The position numbers and the translations under genes are program-made. Source: Mobula hypostoma (Eukaryota). From it: a stretch of DNA of 64,000 nt. Positions 1-13,912 of the stretch are shown in pieces; position 1 is the stretch's first letter; each line of letters starts with the position of its first letter. The notes below the pieces were generated by a model. That model saw nothing but the letters and a program-made list of their open reading frames with translations. It was not told the DNA's origin and made no database searches. The DNA lies in the NCBI RefSeq assembly GCF_963921235.1, contig NC_086099.1, positions 26,350,001-26,414,000 of the forward strand. Reading direction: 5' to 3'.

Positions 1-660
1 CTATTACTTGCTTGGTGCTGACATAATTCCATATTTCAGATACTCCACACTATACTGTCTACACTTCCTTTTTATTTAGTCTGCTTTTGCCATTTTCATT
101 ATGGATTACTGACCATGGTCAATCACTTATTGCTTAAGTGTCACCTCAAGTGCTGCAATTATTAAAGGGGAAAGTTATGATGTCATAGCTCAGGCAAGAT
201 CTAACTGTCTGCTTAAAGGTGCATAAAGAGGGGCAGTGATATCTTGGTTGGGCCGTGGGTTAGCAAAATGCAGTCATGATCATCTGAAAGAGCAGATTCT
301 GATCTTCACCATACTTTAATTCACAGGAAATGCATCACTGCATGATTAAAGTATAAGAATCATACTAGCTAATACTACACAACAGTAGTGAATGGCAATA
401 TTGTGCCAATGGGTCCAGAAATAAATTTCTGCAGTCCAGATTTCTCATGATGTGTGAAACAGAGAAGAGTAACATTTTTTGAGCAAAGTCAAGGAGAACA
501 GCAGATCAGCAAGAGATGAGGTGATCATGTGATTGTGATCAGTTATAAGGCACTGAGGAAATGCTTCTTAATTTATTGCTTAAATTAAGCTTGCAATCCC
601 TCAGCTAGCCCCCCCCCCTTGCTACCCAGTGCACCCCGCCTTAAGAACTCCCACCGCCCC
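1..660 (-). mobile_element. hAT transposon 5' fragment, same family as 40730-41900
   Basis: Shared blocks such as GGGGAAAGTTATGA..CATAGCTCAGGCAA and CAGTCCAGATTT.TCATGAT. Confidence 0.6.
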
Positions 661-689
661 CAGAGGTGTAGTGACATAACCCACAGTGG

Positions 690-1000
690 GAATCATTGGA
701 GTAGAGAGAGCAGAGCAGTGGGCTAAGCACTCATCTGTGACGTGCGCCGGTGTTGATCGTCATCAAGGAGATGTTATTTCCAATCTGCACCGACAGTGGT
801 CCCCCAGTGAGGAAGTCAATGATCCAGTTGCAGAGGGAGGTACAGAGGCCCAGGTTTTGAAGGATGCTTATTACTGAAGTGATGATAGCGTTGAATGTTG
901 AACTGTAATCAATAAACAGCAGCCTGACATCAGTATTGCTGTTGCTCAGGCAGTCCAAGGCTGAGAGGAGAGCTGGTGAGATTGCATCCACTGTGGACCT
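690..1000 (-). mobile_element. Rex1/Babar-type LINE RT fragment
   Basis: [17 protein letters not shown]...[16 protein letters not shown]...[10 protein letters not shown]. Related 3' fragments at ~8020-8530, ~47540-48240 and ~60090-60930. Confidence 0.75.
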
Positions 1001-1854
1001 GGCGTTCATTTGCTTTCCACTGAAGGTACCTGATTTTACACCCATTTCTGTAGCAATCCTCTAAATAACCTTTTAATAAACTCAATCTGAAAATGTATTC
1101 ACATGACTTAATTATCTATTTGGTCTTTGGTTACTGCCGAAGTTTCAGCTGGAGCTGCATTTATTAATCACATTGTGTTCAAGTGCACCTCAGTGCTTTC
1201 AAGATCAGACTCAATATCCTTGACATCATCTGAGCTACAGACGAGTTATTAAAACAGCCTTTCTCTGCACTTAGCTGGCCACAGCTTTGGAATCCTGTTT
1301 CTAAAATCTTTAGTTCAGTTATGATCTCAGTTATGAAAACTGTTGTCTGCATATTCACGATGTTCTCATGCTTATCCTTTGGGTCACCTGGATTAAACTG
1401 GCAGTGCTAAACAAAGTCAAATGTGTCATTGTTCATGAATTAGAGGGAATGTGGTAGTTTCTATTCAATTTGTACTTTAAACTTCAGTTTTGGGTCATAA
1501 GGCTTGTGAGCATGAGGAACATCCTGAATCCATAAGCACCCATTCCTCCTTGGTCTCAGACCCTATCGAGAGTGAAAACAACAATAGGATAGAAATTGGA
1601 TCATTAGCTTCCATTCCTTACTTTCACATCATACATAAAAGTGTTTTATTCTGGGTGAATTCATGTCCCATTGGGAATTGAACCAGGAATGACATGTACT
1701 AACCAAGCTAGCAGCTCTTTGTTTCTGACATTTCACGTGCAGTTCTTCACACCACTGTTCACATGATTTTAATTTCTACCTTTACTTAAATAACCTGAAA
1801 GTTTTGGGTGCAGCCTATACCTGCTATTGGAAAGTCAAAGCACAACTTACAGAA

Positions 1855-2300
1855 AGACCATAATATATAGAAGCAGAATTAGGCCATTTGGCCCAGCGAG
1901 TCTGCTCCACCATTTCATCATGGCTGCTCTATTTTCCCTCTTAGCCCCAATCTCCTGGCTTCTCTCGGTATCTCTCCATGCCCTGACCAATCAAGAATCT
2001 ATCAACCTCTGCCTTAAATATACATAAAGACTTGGCCTCCACAGCCATCTGCGCTAATGAATTCCACAGATTCACCACTCTGATAAAAGAAAATCGTTCT
2101 CACCTCCATTCTGAAAGGATGCCCCTCTATTCTGAGGCTATGTCCTCTGGTCCTAGATTCTTCCACCATAGGAAACGTCCTCTCCACATCCACTCTATAG
2201 AGGCCTTTCAATATTCGATAGGTTTCAATGAGGTCACCCCTCATTCTTCTGAATTCCAGTGAATATAGGCCCAGCGCCATCAAACGCTCCTCATATGACA
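1855..2300 (-). mobile_element. CR1 LINE 3' fragment
   Basis: SYEERLMALGLYSLEFRRMRGDLIETYRILKG...SRTRGHSL. Confidence 0.85.
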
Positions 2301-3276
2301 AGTACATCCTGCTGCTTTGTTGCATTTATCACATTGCCGTCATTGGCAGGCCAGGAGCTTCAGAAATGATTGCACACTGCTCAAGGAGTTTGGGGTTCAA
2401 TTCTGGCCCCACCTGTCAGAATTTTGTATGTCCTTCCTGTCAGCACGTGGGTTTGCACCAGCTGCTCTAACCTACCGGTTGGTAGGTTAATTGGTCATTG
2501 TAAATTATCCTTCTAAAGCAGGTGGTTTGCTGGGTAGTGTGGCTCATTGGGTCGGAAGGGCCTGTTCCACGTTGCATCTCTAAGTAAATAAATAAATCTC
2601 TACAAAAGCCCCCTTAACGTGCTACGAGTAACCGTGAGTGACCTTTCTGACAGTTAGCTGGTTCAATTATCATTCCAATGGATGCCACATGGATTACGCC
2701 AACATATCACTTCCAACTCTTTTCCCTCGTGCATAGCTTGCTTTGACACATGGCACCTCTCCATTATTAGAGGTATTGTTTTGTCAATGGTTAGATATAT
2801 AGACTGAACTGGGGACCTTGGGAGAGAGCTGTGCCCAGCAAAAGTGTTCAGTAACCCCACATCTTACCTGGATCATTCCAATGAATCTAAAATTTAGAAT
2901 TTTAAAATCCAAGTTCTCTGTATCTAACAATTCCCGTTAAAGTTCTGTTAAATCTTCTTCGATATAATCCTGCACCTTGATGCAGCAATTGAAAGATTGG
3001 GGTTCAATTCCTGCTACTGTCTGTAAGGAGTCTGTACGCTCTCTCCACGGCCACGTGGCTTTGCTCCAGTTTTCTTCCACATTCCAAAAGACATACGAGC
3101 TAGCCAGAACCGTGGCAACACTTGCAAGCTGCCCCCAGCACGTGTTGGTCATTAAGCCTAACAACACATTTCACTGTATGCTTTGGTGCACATGTTTCAA
3201 ATAAAGCTAATCTCACCACAATCAAGAGGAAAAGGAATTTACAAATGAGCAAGGATTAACAACACAAAAACTGCGC

Positions 3277-3282
3277 TTTATT
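3277..3282 (-). terminator. Polyadenylation signal AATAAA of the TRIM-family gene
   Basis: tttatt on the + strand, about 98 nt downstream of the stop codon. Confidence 0.6.
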
Positions 3283-3379
3283 CTCCTCTCAGTTGTAAAT
3301 TTAGTCAATACCCATTAACAATGAGCAGTGGGTCCCTCTGTTGCGATCGCAAACAGCACACACACACTGAACACAATCA

Positions 3380-3933
3380 CTAGTGATACAAATACAATCT
3401 GAAAATAGTGAGTTGCTGGTCAGTTGAAGTCCCCTCCTCCACTATGCATGGGCTGTACAGAGGCAGAAGCTGCTCTGTGAAACATGCTCGGAAAACATGT
3501 AGTGTTTGCATGGTCTCGGCGTCCAAAAACACCACCACACCGCCCTCGTAGTCCACGTAGATACCAATTTGGCCTGGCTTGTGCTGAATTTCAAGCTCAA
3601 TGTCATTCTCGTCACAGGCTTCATAGCAACAGCCATACCGTAATGTCAAACACCAGATGCCTCTACTAGGCTTGTAGATGAGATCCCCGTGACGGGGTAC
3701 GGAACTATAGGCGACACCAAGATCCCACTTGGTCTTATTTCTAACAATCACTTCCCAGTAGTGCTTTCCTGAGGAAATCGGCTCATTACCGAGAACGCAT
3801 AGACAGGTGTCGAATCTCCCATCAGCATAAGGCACCGGCAATGCCTCACGGCGAGTTATCACTGTCCGCTGGTTTGGAGAAACTTCAAGGTGAGGATGAG
3901 AGGTCAAAGGATCAAAGGTGAAGGCTTCAGGCA
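3380..3933 (-). CDS. TRIM-family gene, exon 6 (PRY/SPRY B30.2 domain, stop codon); full CDS 1200 nt = 399 aa
   Basis: ttttctttcag|TG CCT GAA encodes FDPLTSHPHLEVS...RFDTCLCVLG...SGKHYWEV...WDLGVA...IGIYVDYEGGVVVF...FTEQLLPLYSPC. The six exons sum to 1200 nt with no internal stop. Confidence 0.93.
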
Positions 3934-4067
3934 CTGAAAGAAAATGTAACAAAAAAAAAATCACATCAGCAAACATGGAAGAGAGGTCATAAAGCCAACA
4001 TCAGGGAAGCAAGAGATTCTGCAGATAACACAAGTCTTCAGCAATACACACACAAAATACGTGTGGA

Positions 4068-4340
4068 TGGGGTGCTATGGCAGCATAGCAGTTAGTGTGA
4101 TGCTGTTAAAGCTTGGGCATAGGATTTCGGATTCACTTCCAGCTCCATCTGCCATGTGTTTGTACGTCCTCTCGTGAATGCGTGGGTTTCCTCCAGATGC
4201 TCTGCTTTCCTCCCACATTCCAAAGTTAGTAGGTTAGTCATTGTAAATTGTTCAGTGATTAGGTTAAGGTTAAAATAGATGGGTTGCTGGGTGGCACGGC
4301 AAGTTGGGCCGAAAGGACCTGCTCTGTATCTCTAAATAAT
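4068..4340 (+). mobile_element. V-SINE/HE1-like SINE (related copies ~2360-2595, ~2980-3210, ~21090-21340)
   Basis: tRNA-like head plus the TGCGTGGGTTTCCTCC...TTCCTCCCACATTCCAAAG V-domain. Confidence 0.65.
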
Positions 4341-4944
4341 TAGATAAAATGTCTCAACTTCTAAATAAATAGTGCTGGAGGAGCTCAGCAGGGTCTCGGC
4401 CCGAAACAAACTGCAGCTTGACATTTTGCGTGTGTTGCTCAAGGAAACATCAGGACTTTGTAAAAGTGTCCCCACAGCAGTTTATTTCACCTATTGGAAT
4501 TTGAGATGACAGATTTCTCCGTGTAACTGTTATCCAACCTTGGGCAGAGAGAGCTTGAAATCTGTGCATCACCATCTTGAGATATCGTCCAATCAAACTC
4601 AATTTACTTTCATTGGAGCTGTGTACCATGAGCATTATAGATACTGTACCACTGGCCTGGAGATCCTACAGGAATTAACTACCAGGTCATATGTCATAAA
4701 AGTCAAAGAACACTACAGCACAGAAACAAGTCCTTTGGCCCACATGGTTTGTGTTGAACTATCATTCTGCTGTCCCAACAACTTGCAGCCTGACCATAAA
4801 CCTCCATAATCCTCTCATCCATTATGTATCCTAATTCTTTTTAAATGTTGAGATTGAAGCTGCATTCACCAGTTCTGCAGGCATCACATCCCAGCTAATT
4901 CAACATGATCACCAGGGGCAAGAGGGGTTATAAACCGTTGTCAC

Positions 4945-5060
4945 CTGTCTGAATTACTTGAAACATCTTCTTCCATACTTTGTACTGCAGTGGGCCAAGA
5001 AATTTCTCACTCTTAAAACGGACAATGGGCTCATTCACAGTTGCACTCGAGCAGCTCGAT
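4945..5060 (-). CDS. TRIM-family gene, exon 5 (116 nt, linker before PRY)
   Basis: cacag|A TCG AGC...CAG ACA G|GTGACA encodes ...KFLGPLQYKVWKKMFQVIQT, the GPLQYxVWKxM motif typical of fish and amphibian TRIMs. Confidence 0.9.
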
Positions 5061-5311
5061 CTGTGATGAGACAAACAGCCTGTCAAGCTGACATGGACAG
5101 AACCACAGTGAAGTATAGCAGTACAGATATTTGAGATGGGGCAAGTAGTAGTGAATGAGGAAAAAGTCAGATACAGAAGGAAATAGACAAATTGACAAAA
5201 AAATTCCCAATGGGAAAGGCAGAGGTGTACGTGAACACAAAGAGGCACAAAACCTGCAGATATAGACAGAAATAGAGAACACAAAATGCAAATGTTTTAT
5301 TTTAATCTCAC

Positions 5312-5334
5312 CCATCAGAGGAAATATCCAACAC
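5312..5334 (-). CDS. TRIM-family gene, exon 4 (23-nt micro-exon)
   Basis: tttttctctgtttcag|GTG TTG GAT ATT TCC TCT GAT GG|GTGAGA. It is 23 nt, phase 0-2, as in canonical TRIM genes, and restores the frame between exons 3 and 5. Confidence 0.82.
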
Positions 5335-5669
5335 CTGAAACAGAGAAAAATAATTCATTTAGCCAAGTAGGAAACGAAATGTTAAAAGCTTTGTGTGCAT
5401 GCCACCTCCTGATCAGTCCTTTCCTATCTTGCCCATCCCCACAGACCATTAGGACTAGGAACTCTCTGAAGCTTTAAACTGCCAAATGGGGAGGACATTT
5501 AGTACAATATACATTAGAGTACCTCAGCAGATCAGACCTAGCCTTGAATCGACAGCAAATAGATCTTACCGATGGAAGACAAAGTGTCCAGTTCCTTTCA
5601 TTTCAAAAATGTTTGTGGATCATTCTAGCAAAACTAAATTTATTTCCCATTTTTATCTGACCAGAGAGA

Positions 5670-6537
5670 GATAGCATTCACTAGAATATAAAAGTAAGGA
5701 TGTAATGCTGAGGCTTTAAGGTGCATTGGTCAGATCACATTTGGAGTATTGTGAGCAATTTTGGGCTCCTTTCCTTAGAAAGGATGTGCTGGCATTGGAG
5801 AAGGTCCAGAGGAGGTTTACAAGAATTAATCTGGGAATAAAACAGTCAAGGTATGAGGAGTGTTTGATGTTTCTCGGCCTATACTCACTCCAGTTTAGAA
5901 GAATGATGGGGGAACTGACTCCAAGTTGCTCTGGGGATTTGGATCCAAGGACTCAATTTGGTTCAAAATGCTGTTGTTGTTGTTGTTGCTTACTTCTATT
6001 GGTTGCATTTGTTGTGATTTTTTTCCCTCTTTCTCCATGGGCACTGGAGGTTGGTTTATTTTTTTAAAAGTGGGTTGTTTGTGACTGCCAGTAAGCAAAC
6101 AAATCTCAATGTTGTATAATTTGTACGTTCTTTGATAATAAATGCACTTTGAATCTTAGATCTCATTGAAACCTATTGAATATTGAAAGGCTTAGAAAGA
6201 GTGAATGTAGCGAAAATATTTCCTGTAGTGTGGGAGTCTAGGACCAGAAGGCACAGCCTCAGAATAGAAGGATGTCCCTTTAGAACAGAGATGAGAAGGA
6301 ATTTCTTTAGTCAGAAGGTGGTGAATCTGTGTAATTCATTGCTACAGACAGCTGTAGAGGCCAAGTCATTGGGTATATTTAAAGCAGAGATTGACAGGTT
6401 CTTAATAAGGGTGCCAGAGGTTATGGGAGAAGGCAGGAGAATGGAGTTGAGACAGATAATAAATCAGCCATGATGGAATGGAGGAGCAGACTCAATGGGC
6501 TGGATGACCTAATTCTGATCCTGTGTCTTATGGTCTA
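5670..6537 (+). mobile_element. CR1 LINE 3' fragment with an internal insertion (~5915-6160)
   Basis: VRSHLEYCEQFWAP...QRRFTR; SRTRRHSLRIEG...RRNFFSQKVVNL. Confidence 0.85.
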
Positions 6538-7495
6538 TTGAACCACAGAACTCCAACTGTCCATAGTCCATCCACAACACTCTTTGGAAGGGAATGTATG
6601 GTTATTAACCAGTGAAAATGGAAGAATTGTGGTGAATAAGCAGGATGTTGTGCAAATTGCTCAGAACATGGCCCAACACCCAAGATTTGGACTTAATAAA
6701 TTTGGACATTATGCCCTCTACTTCCAAGAATAAGTCATTATATATTACTGAGCCTTGGGGACTCTGCTGTACACAGCTCTCCAGTCTGGAAAACAAGCTT
6801 TTCCTATTGATCTGTTTCCAGTTACACACAGAACAGTACAGTACAGTACAGGCAGTAAAGCCCATGATGTCGTGTCAACCCTTTAACCTTACTCAGGCAG
6901 TGTTCCACCCATGCTGCTATAGGCTCTTCAATCCATTTGTAGACGTTGAAGTTCCAAAAGGCATCTATCAAATGCTGTTTGGATGGAACTTCCAATGCCT
7001 GCATTAACAGGATTTCCTCTATTGGCACTCTGTAATGCCAAATACAATTTGTTTTTAACAAATTCACCTGGGCTTTCCTTCTGAGGAATCAATCAGATTT
7101 TGCCTTCAATGGTGCTGTTGATCTACTCCCATTGCAAAAGCACCGTCTAACTAAACATAAAGGCAAAAAGACACAAAAAAGTTCTCCAAATATCATGAGT
7201 TAATTTTCTTCACAGAACATAACAGCACAGCATATTACAGACTTTTTTTGCCCACGATGTTGGGGCTGGTCATTTAACTCCAAGATCAATCTAACCTTTC
7301 CCTCCTACAGGGCCTTCCACTTTTCTTTCATTCATGTGCCTATCCAAGACTTTCTTAAATACCCCTAAAGTATCTCCCTCCATCACCACCTCTGGCCCCA
7401 CTACATTCGCGCCTGTCTGTGTTTAAAAAAAAAGACTAAATTGAAGAGGCAGAAATAAATTTGTATCTTTACTCAGGCCCACAAAAAATAAACAC

Positions 7496-7729
7496 CTTCA
7501 AGATTTCACTCAGGTTGTCAGTCTGCAGTGCTGAGTGGAGAGGCTCAGCCAGCCCAGTCAGACTTCCCACTCGCTGCAAACATTCCATCTTCAACCTGCT
7601 CAGTTCTTGCAAGATCCCCTGAGCCTCAGCAGATATCTGCTCCGTCAGAGCCTTCTCCTCTGCATCCAGGAAACGCCTCAAAGCGTCAAAATCACCTTCC
7701 ACCTGGCGCTGGAGTGCATCAGCTTCTTC
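7496..7729 (-). CDS. TRIM-family gene, exon 3 (234 nt, coiled coil)
   Basis: tttttccccag|GAA GAA GCT...TTG AAG|GTGTTT encodes EEADALQRQVEGDFDALRRFLDAEEKALTEQI..., a typical TRIM coiled-coil motif (F..LR.FL..EE). Confidence 0.9.
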
Positions 7730-8728
7730 CTGGGGAAAAAATATGTAGAAATCTCCAGTTTATGCTTAATCTGTGTCACAGAGGCTCAATTCTACCAATT
7801 AGTCTGATATCCTTACAGCCTCTCTATTTCCCCAGTCATAATCTTAAGTCCTCTTACCCTGATGCAACTGTGACTAATTCTTACGTTTGTCCTGGCGCTG
7901 GTCTGCATGGACCAATAAGATCATAGGTTCAATCCCTAACTTCTGCTGATATTGCTGATCTCAGCTGGGGCAAGGAAAGTGTGTTTAGTGCCTTAGCTGC
8001 TTCTAAATAATAGGAAAGTGGGGTCAAGCCAGCAACTCTACCTCATTAGGAGCTTGGGACAACTTGGTGTGTCACCAAAGACCTTCACCAATTTCTATAC
8101 ATGTATGATGGAAAGCATTGGCACTGGTTACATCATTGTCTGGTGTGGAGGCTCCAAAACGCAGGATCACAAGAGGCTGCAGAGACTTGTAGACTCAGCC
8201 AGATCCATCAGACGCAAACGTATCTCAGCATATGGACATCTTCCAGAGCTGGTGTATCAAGGCATCCATCAGTAAAGACCTTCACCATCCAGAACATGCT
8301 ATCTTTTTGTTATTACCATTGTCAAGGTGGTACAAGGGCCTGAAGGCTCACTCAACATTTTAGGAACACCTTCTTCCCTTCAGCCATTGGATTTCTGAAG
8401 AGTCCAAGAACCCATGAATGCTATTTCACTATTTATATGTTTTTGTAACTTATCGTAATTTTTCTTTGCACTGTCCTGCGGCTGCAAAACAAATTTCATG
8501 ACATATACCAGTGATAATAAACTCTGATTCTGAATTCCAGTCCTGATCACTCATAAGTTACTTTTGCAGAAAAAAAAATTGAGGGACTGTTCAGCACTTA
8601 CAGTCTCAATTTCTGGGGTCAATATGAAATTTGAGCAACACATTAGATAGGAGTGTGGCTTGCACACCCAGTGGCTGTCCTACTCAGGAGAGGGCGGGAA
8701 GAGAACCTATTCTCACAGAATTCCTTAC

Positions 8729-8824
8729 CTTGGTTTTGGTCACACTTCGCTCAATCTCTTCCAATCTTAAGTTTTGCTCCAAACATTTGGATTCCAAATC
8801 CTTTGAACACACAGACAGCAATTC
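8729..8824 (-). CDS. TRIM-family gene, exon 2 (96 nt, coiled coil)
   Basis: cag|GAA TTG CTG...ACC AAG|GTAAGG encodes ELLSVCSKDLESKCLEQNLRLEEIERSVTKTK. A 96-nt phase 0-0 exon is the canonical size in PRY/SPRY-type TRIM genes. Confidence 0.88.
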
Positions 8825-9210
8825 CTGAGTAGTAATTAAAAAACAATGACATTGTTATTGAAAAAGGTGAACATTGAGAAAGTGTCAGAGACAATAACAG
8901 AAAGGCAGGCCAGGTTTCATTGCGGCATCGTCTTGTGTAAAACACCTAAAAAGACCTAAATATTCCATCCAGACTGGGCAGTGTTATCTGAACTCTTTCC
9001 ACCTACATGCAAAGTTAAAATTCCAGAGAAAAATGGCCAATCGCTTAAGGCACCTACATGTGATCTGCATTGGAACTGGAACCACTTGAGGTGCTTTGAG
9101 TAGAAATGGTCTGCTGTGTCCTTTGAGCAGTATGATACTAATCAATTAAACTAATTTGGCAGGGGGATGGGAACCACAGTGATAGGGCTGAGGATGCAGC
9201 ATGTGGTATA

Positions 9211-10065
9211 CAGGTATGCGTCGCTTTAACGTCCACGATACGTTCTGTGAAATCAGACGTTATGTGATTTGGACATTGTGTGAACACATTATATACTTAG
9301 CGAACCTATATGGAGTACTGTAGTGTACCTGTATGGACTAAATAGCCAAGAACTTACACTAAAACTGTATACTGTACACTATAATACATACACTATAATT
9401 TTTCATTTCATTTTAAACTTAATTTTTTTCACTTTTTAAACTTTTATGTAAACACTTTCTGAGCCTATATCACACAATTTATCAATATCGTGGTTTGGTC
9501 CTGCTTTTTCTTTAATCATTTCGAACAAGCTCTGTGCTTTAGCAGTGATTGTCAATGTGCTGAGAGGGATTCTCTTTTGTGTTTGGTCCTCAATCCATGT
9601 CATTAGCAATTTCTCCATATCCGATATAGGTCCCTCTCACATTTTCTTGAGCCTTGTAGTTTTCAATGAAGCCAATCCTTTAACAACTTCCAGAATTTTT
9701 TCTTCGTTTTTCAGGATTGTCGTGATTGTCGAGTGCGACATGCCTAAATCTCGAGCAATAGCATTCACTGGTTTTCCACCTTCATATTTTTTAATAACCT
9801 TTTTGTTTCACTTCCAAATCAATACTTTTCCTTTGCCTCTTGCTACTGCTGTCACTAGGAGTGGTTTTGCTGCGTTTGGAAGCCATGATGCACTTTATGG
9901 TAATATCTTCGAAAGAAAATTAAACAGAGAGATAACGCTACTACACTCAAGAGACGCACGATACATGAGATTGGTTATGTCCGTTACGTCACATTCTCCG
10001 ATCAGGACTACGGACGTATATGCGGTCGGACGTTGTCCAAATGGACATAAAGCGGCGCACACCTG
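9211..10065 (-). mobile_element. Internally deleted Tigger/pogo DNA transposon
   Basis: TIRs CAGGTATGCGTCGCTTTAACGTCC and CAGGTGTGCGCCGCTTTATGTCC with TA TSD; retains CENP-B-type HTH coding sequence (MEKLLMTWIEDQTQKRIPLSTLTITAKAQSLF). Confidence 0.88.
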
Positions 10066-10241
10066 TATAACTAGATGAAATGTGTAGTGAGACTCTGAGT
10101 AAGGACAAGCAGATGATAGGGTAAAATTAGAGTCAGTGGGATGAGTTGAAGTGCAACATGGGGGCAAAATTGGAAAGGGTGATGAAAACAGGAATGAAAG
10201 TACTATATTTGAATGCACAGATTTTATGGAATCAAGTTGAT

Positions 10242-11710
10242 CAGTGATTCCCAATGGTGTCCAAAGGGGATGCTAGGGGAAACAGAAGTCGTCTAGGGGC
10301 ATTCAAGATTTTTGGGAGGGGTGGTAAGGAACACCCTAACTTCAGGCACGAGACCTGACCAATCGTTAGTAGAGCAAGCTCTTCCAAAATAAAAAGATGA
10401 AGCACCGGAACTCAGGAAGAACCATTGCTCTGGAAGCTGTAAGCACTCGTCAATACAACATGTCTGAAACTCGGCAATCTCATCTGACATTACCAACTAA
10501 ATGGACATTATTGGGAATGCAAAAACTAGCAACCACAGTGCTCAACAGTTCCCCTTGACTCACGGCATGGAATGAGCTCATGCAATTTAACAATTGGCAA
10601 GTCTCTGAACTTTCTCATCATATCTACAGAAAACACAATGATACAAGCGCAGGCTAGAAGTAAATGGTGAAAGAGAACCAATCAGTGAATCTGCCGATCC
10701 CAAAGATTTCTCTTGAGGTGTTCAAAGCGACTTCAGCATCAGATGTGTGGTCAAGAACCATCTTTGGGGATTATGAGACATTACGAGCTCTAACTGGATC
10801 TTGTAACTAATTGTGCTAACTGGAATAATATGAAGGTAGCTTGCTGAACACCAGCTCTATCCTGACTAACATTCAGATTCCAACCTGAATCCTTGTCAAA
10901 GTCATTTTCGCTGCTCTGATCGTCTTCCTCTTCGCCTTGCCGTTCCTTTACATGCTGCTACCATCGTTCCATTCGTGTCAACTTGCTGCCGTCATCAATA
11001 TCCGATGAGCATTCCCAGTTTATGTTAATTTTTAATTTCAATTTAGCCTGGTTAATAATGGATAAATAGGCACAGCGCGATCTCTAGCAGTCTGAAGGTG
11101 GTGAAGCCTTGAATTCTAATCCTGCTAAGGAACAGAAACTACAGAAAAGTGCATCAATACAATGTTACATACCTGGAGTATGGTCTTATTCCACTCCTGT
11201 CAGATTAGCGACACCCGATGTGTCTTATTAATAATACAGTAGTGTTTAATGAAGCCTTTCACAGATGGTGATTTGCAAGAGTACTGCTTAAATTTGCAGT
11301 CACTGAAGGATTTTCAGAATCGATTCAAGGGTTTGAACGATCTGTAAATTCCAGACTGGGTAATTAACCCATTTCTTTGTAAGGTGGAAGAACAAGACGA
11401 GAGCTTGAAAGAAGGATAATAAACCTGATTCTGATTCTGAATTCAGAATGATGAAGAAGCAAAAATGCTTTTCAAATATGTCATATGAACTTTCATGGTC
11501 TTTGGAAAACAGACAAACTGCTCTTCATTCCATTTCCATCATCCTACCTTGTTCAAAGAAGCTTCAGTGCAATGAACTTCATATTCACAAATAACAGAAA
11601 CTGCTTGGACATTGTTACACTTGGGGACTTAAGGCTTTTGCTGTCACAACCTGAATCAGATATTTCAACTCTTGTTAAAAACCATAAGGTCAAGGATCAC
11701 ATTGATATTG
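10242..11710 (+). mobile_element. Decayed hAT (Buster/Charlie, ZBED8/SCAND3-like) transposon
   Basis: Starts CAGTGATTCCCAA; remnants LEYGLIP..HPMCLI and FPSSYLVQRSFSAM...LGDLRLLLS. Confidence 0.65.
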
Positions 11711-13061
11711 AAACTGCTATACAGCGCAAAAAAACTGCTGTACAAGCCATTCAATCCAGAAATCATTTTCGTGTACTTCCTTTGGACCCTCTCCAGTTTT
11801 AGCAAATCCTTTCAAAGATAAGGCACACAAACCTGTTCTCCAACTGAGGTTTCACCAGTGCCTTATAAAGCCTCAATATTACATCCATGCTTTTATATTC
11901 TAGTCTTCTTGAAATGAACGCTAACATTGCATTTGCCTTCCTCTCTCCTTCCTCAAAACTACCTGCCCCTCCAGCTAGTGTCATATTATCTGCAAACTTT
12001 GTAACAAAGCCATCAATTCCATCATCAAAATCAATAACAGATAACATAAAAATTATCATCCCTAACACAGACTCATTGGAACACCAGTCAGCAAAGGTTC
12101 CCTTTATTCCCACTCTTAGCCTCCTGCAAACCAACCACTGCTTTATCCATGCTAGAATCTTTCCATAACACTATGAGCTCGTAGCTTGTTAAACAGCCTC
12201 ATGTGTGGCACATTGTCAAAGGCCTTCTGAAAATCCAAGTACATAACATCACCTGATTCTCCTTTGCCTATCCTGAATCCCAACAGATTTGTTACGCAAT
12301 ATTTTCCCTTGAGGAAACCATACTGACTACAGCCTATTTCATCATTTGCCTCCAAGTACCCGGAGACCTCATCTGGCATAATCAACTCCAACATCTTCCC
12401 AACCACTGAGGCCAGAATAACTGGCCTATAGTTTCCTTTCTTCCGCCTCTCTCCCTTCTTGAATAGTGGAGATACGTTTGCAATTTTCCAGTCATCCAGA
12501 ATCATTCCAGAATCTAGTGATTCTTGAAAGAACGTTACTATTGCCTCCACGATCTCTTCAGCTACCTCCTTTAGAATCCTGAGGTGTATACCATCTGGTT
12601 CAGCTGACTTATTTACCTGCAGACCTATCAGTTTCCCCAAGAACCTTTTCTCTGGTAATGGTAACTGTGCCCCTTGACACCTGGAACTTGCACCATACAC
12701 AGTAAAGACTGATGCAAAATAATTATCCAATTTGTTTGCTATTTCGTTGTCCCCACTATTTCCTTTGCAGCATCGTTTTCCAGTGGTCTGATATCCGCTG
12801 TTGCCTCTCTTTTACATTTAGGTATCTGAAGAAACTTTTGGTATCTTCTTTAATATCATTGGCTAGCTTAATTTCATATTCCATCTTTACCTTCTTAATG
12901 GCTTTTTTTTTTAAAGATTTCTTCTGTTGGTTTTTAAAAACTTCCCAATCCTCTAGCTTCCCACTAATTTTTGCTCTATTATATGATCTCTCTTTGACTT
13001 TTATGTTGGTTTTGACCTCTCTTGTTAGTCATGGCTGTTGTCTTCTTTCTTTTATAATACT

Positions 13062-13912
13062 TGTTACGTACCCCATAACTGGGTTGCCAAACCAGCAGAA
13101 ATGGATCACTCAGTTGGAGTCTGGAGTACTAGAACTAAGAAAGTTTTATTAAAGAAACAAGCAACACAGTAATCGAAAGGATAATAAATGCAACAGTTCA
13201 GTGATGATAAACACACATGTGCACAGAAGTAAGATAACAGCATCAGTCAAGCTCTATCGTTGTCTAGGGGTAAATGACCAATTTCAAAATGACTCAAAGT
13301 TCAGTCCAGTTAGTAGTTCGCAGTAATCGTTGCCATGGCGATGGGCAACGTGGGGGGAGAGAGAGATAGAATAGGAACAACTGATCATTCAGAATACTGC
13401 TTCACTCACAGACCAGCGAGATGGCTCACAAACAGCTTTTGGGCGGGTCATTGGTGATGTCACCTGAGGTCACCGACTGTGACCCCTCCTCCAGATGCGG
13501 TCGATCCTCTGCAGTGAACCCGGCACCCAGGCAAGGGCGGACACACACCGGGTTCCCGCTGATCGTACCTTTCCACCCTTGTCGTTGTCTGGCACTTCTC
13601 ACCCACTCGTGAGAGGCGCACCGCTTCCAGGGTCTCGTTACCTCGGGTGGCGTGTGTCCCTGTCTTAGCGAACCTGTCCCTTTTTATCCCCCTGCTGGGG
13701 TATCGCCTGTCCATCACTTCAAACAGTTCAGGGTTCAAAGGGGGGGAGCCGCTCCAGACAGCTCTCTCTCCCACATCCCTTCATTACACATCTCCAGACG
13801 CTGCTCCATTGTTCCTTATCTCTCCTTCCCCTGAGGGCAGGTGGCAGACCAACTGCTGATGCCACTGATGCTGGCCAGCAAACATCTTAATTTTATGTGT
13901 ATTCTCGTAACA
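13062..13912 (-). repeat. 3' LTR (851 bp)
   Basis: TGTTACG...CGTAACA termini; direct repeat of 17011-17861 with about 4 substitutions by eye; minus-strand AATAAA at 13145-13150. Confidence 0.96.

Noticed and set aside
5569-5594. Alternative TRIM micro-exon ending ...CCATCG|GTAAGA
   Set aside because: No polypyrimidine tract, and no AG acceptor gives the required phase 0-2. The 23-nt exon at 5312-5334 fits exactly.
13421-13859. Duplicated short ORFs (also 17370-17808)
   Set aside because: They lie within the LTRs, so the duplication reflects LTR identity. No recognisable domains.
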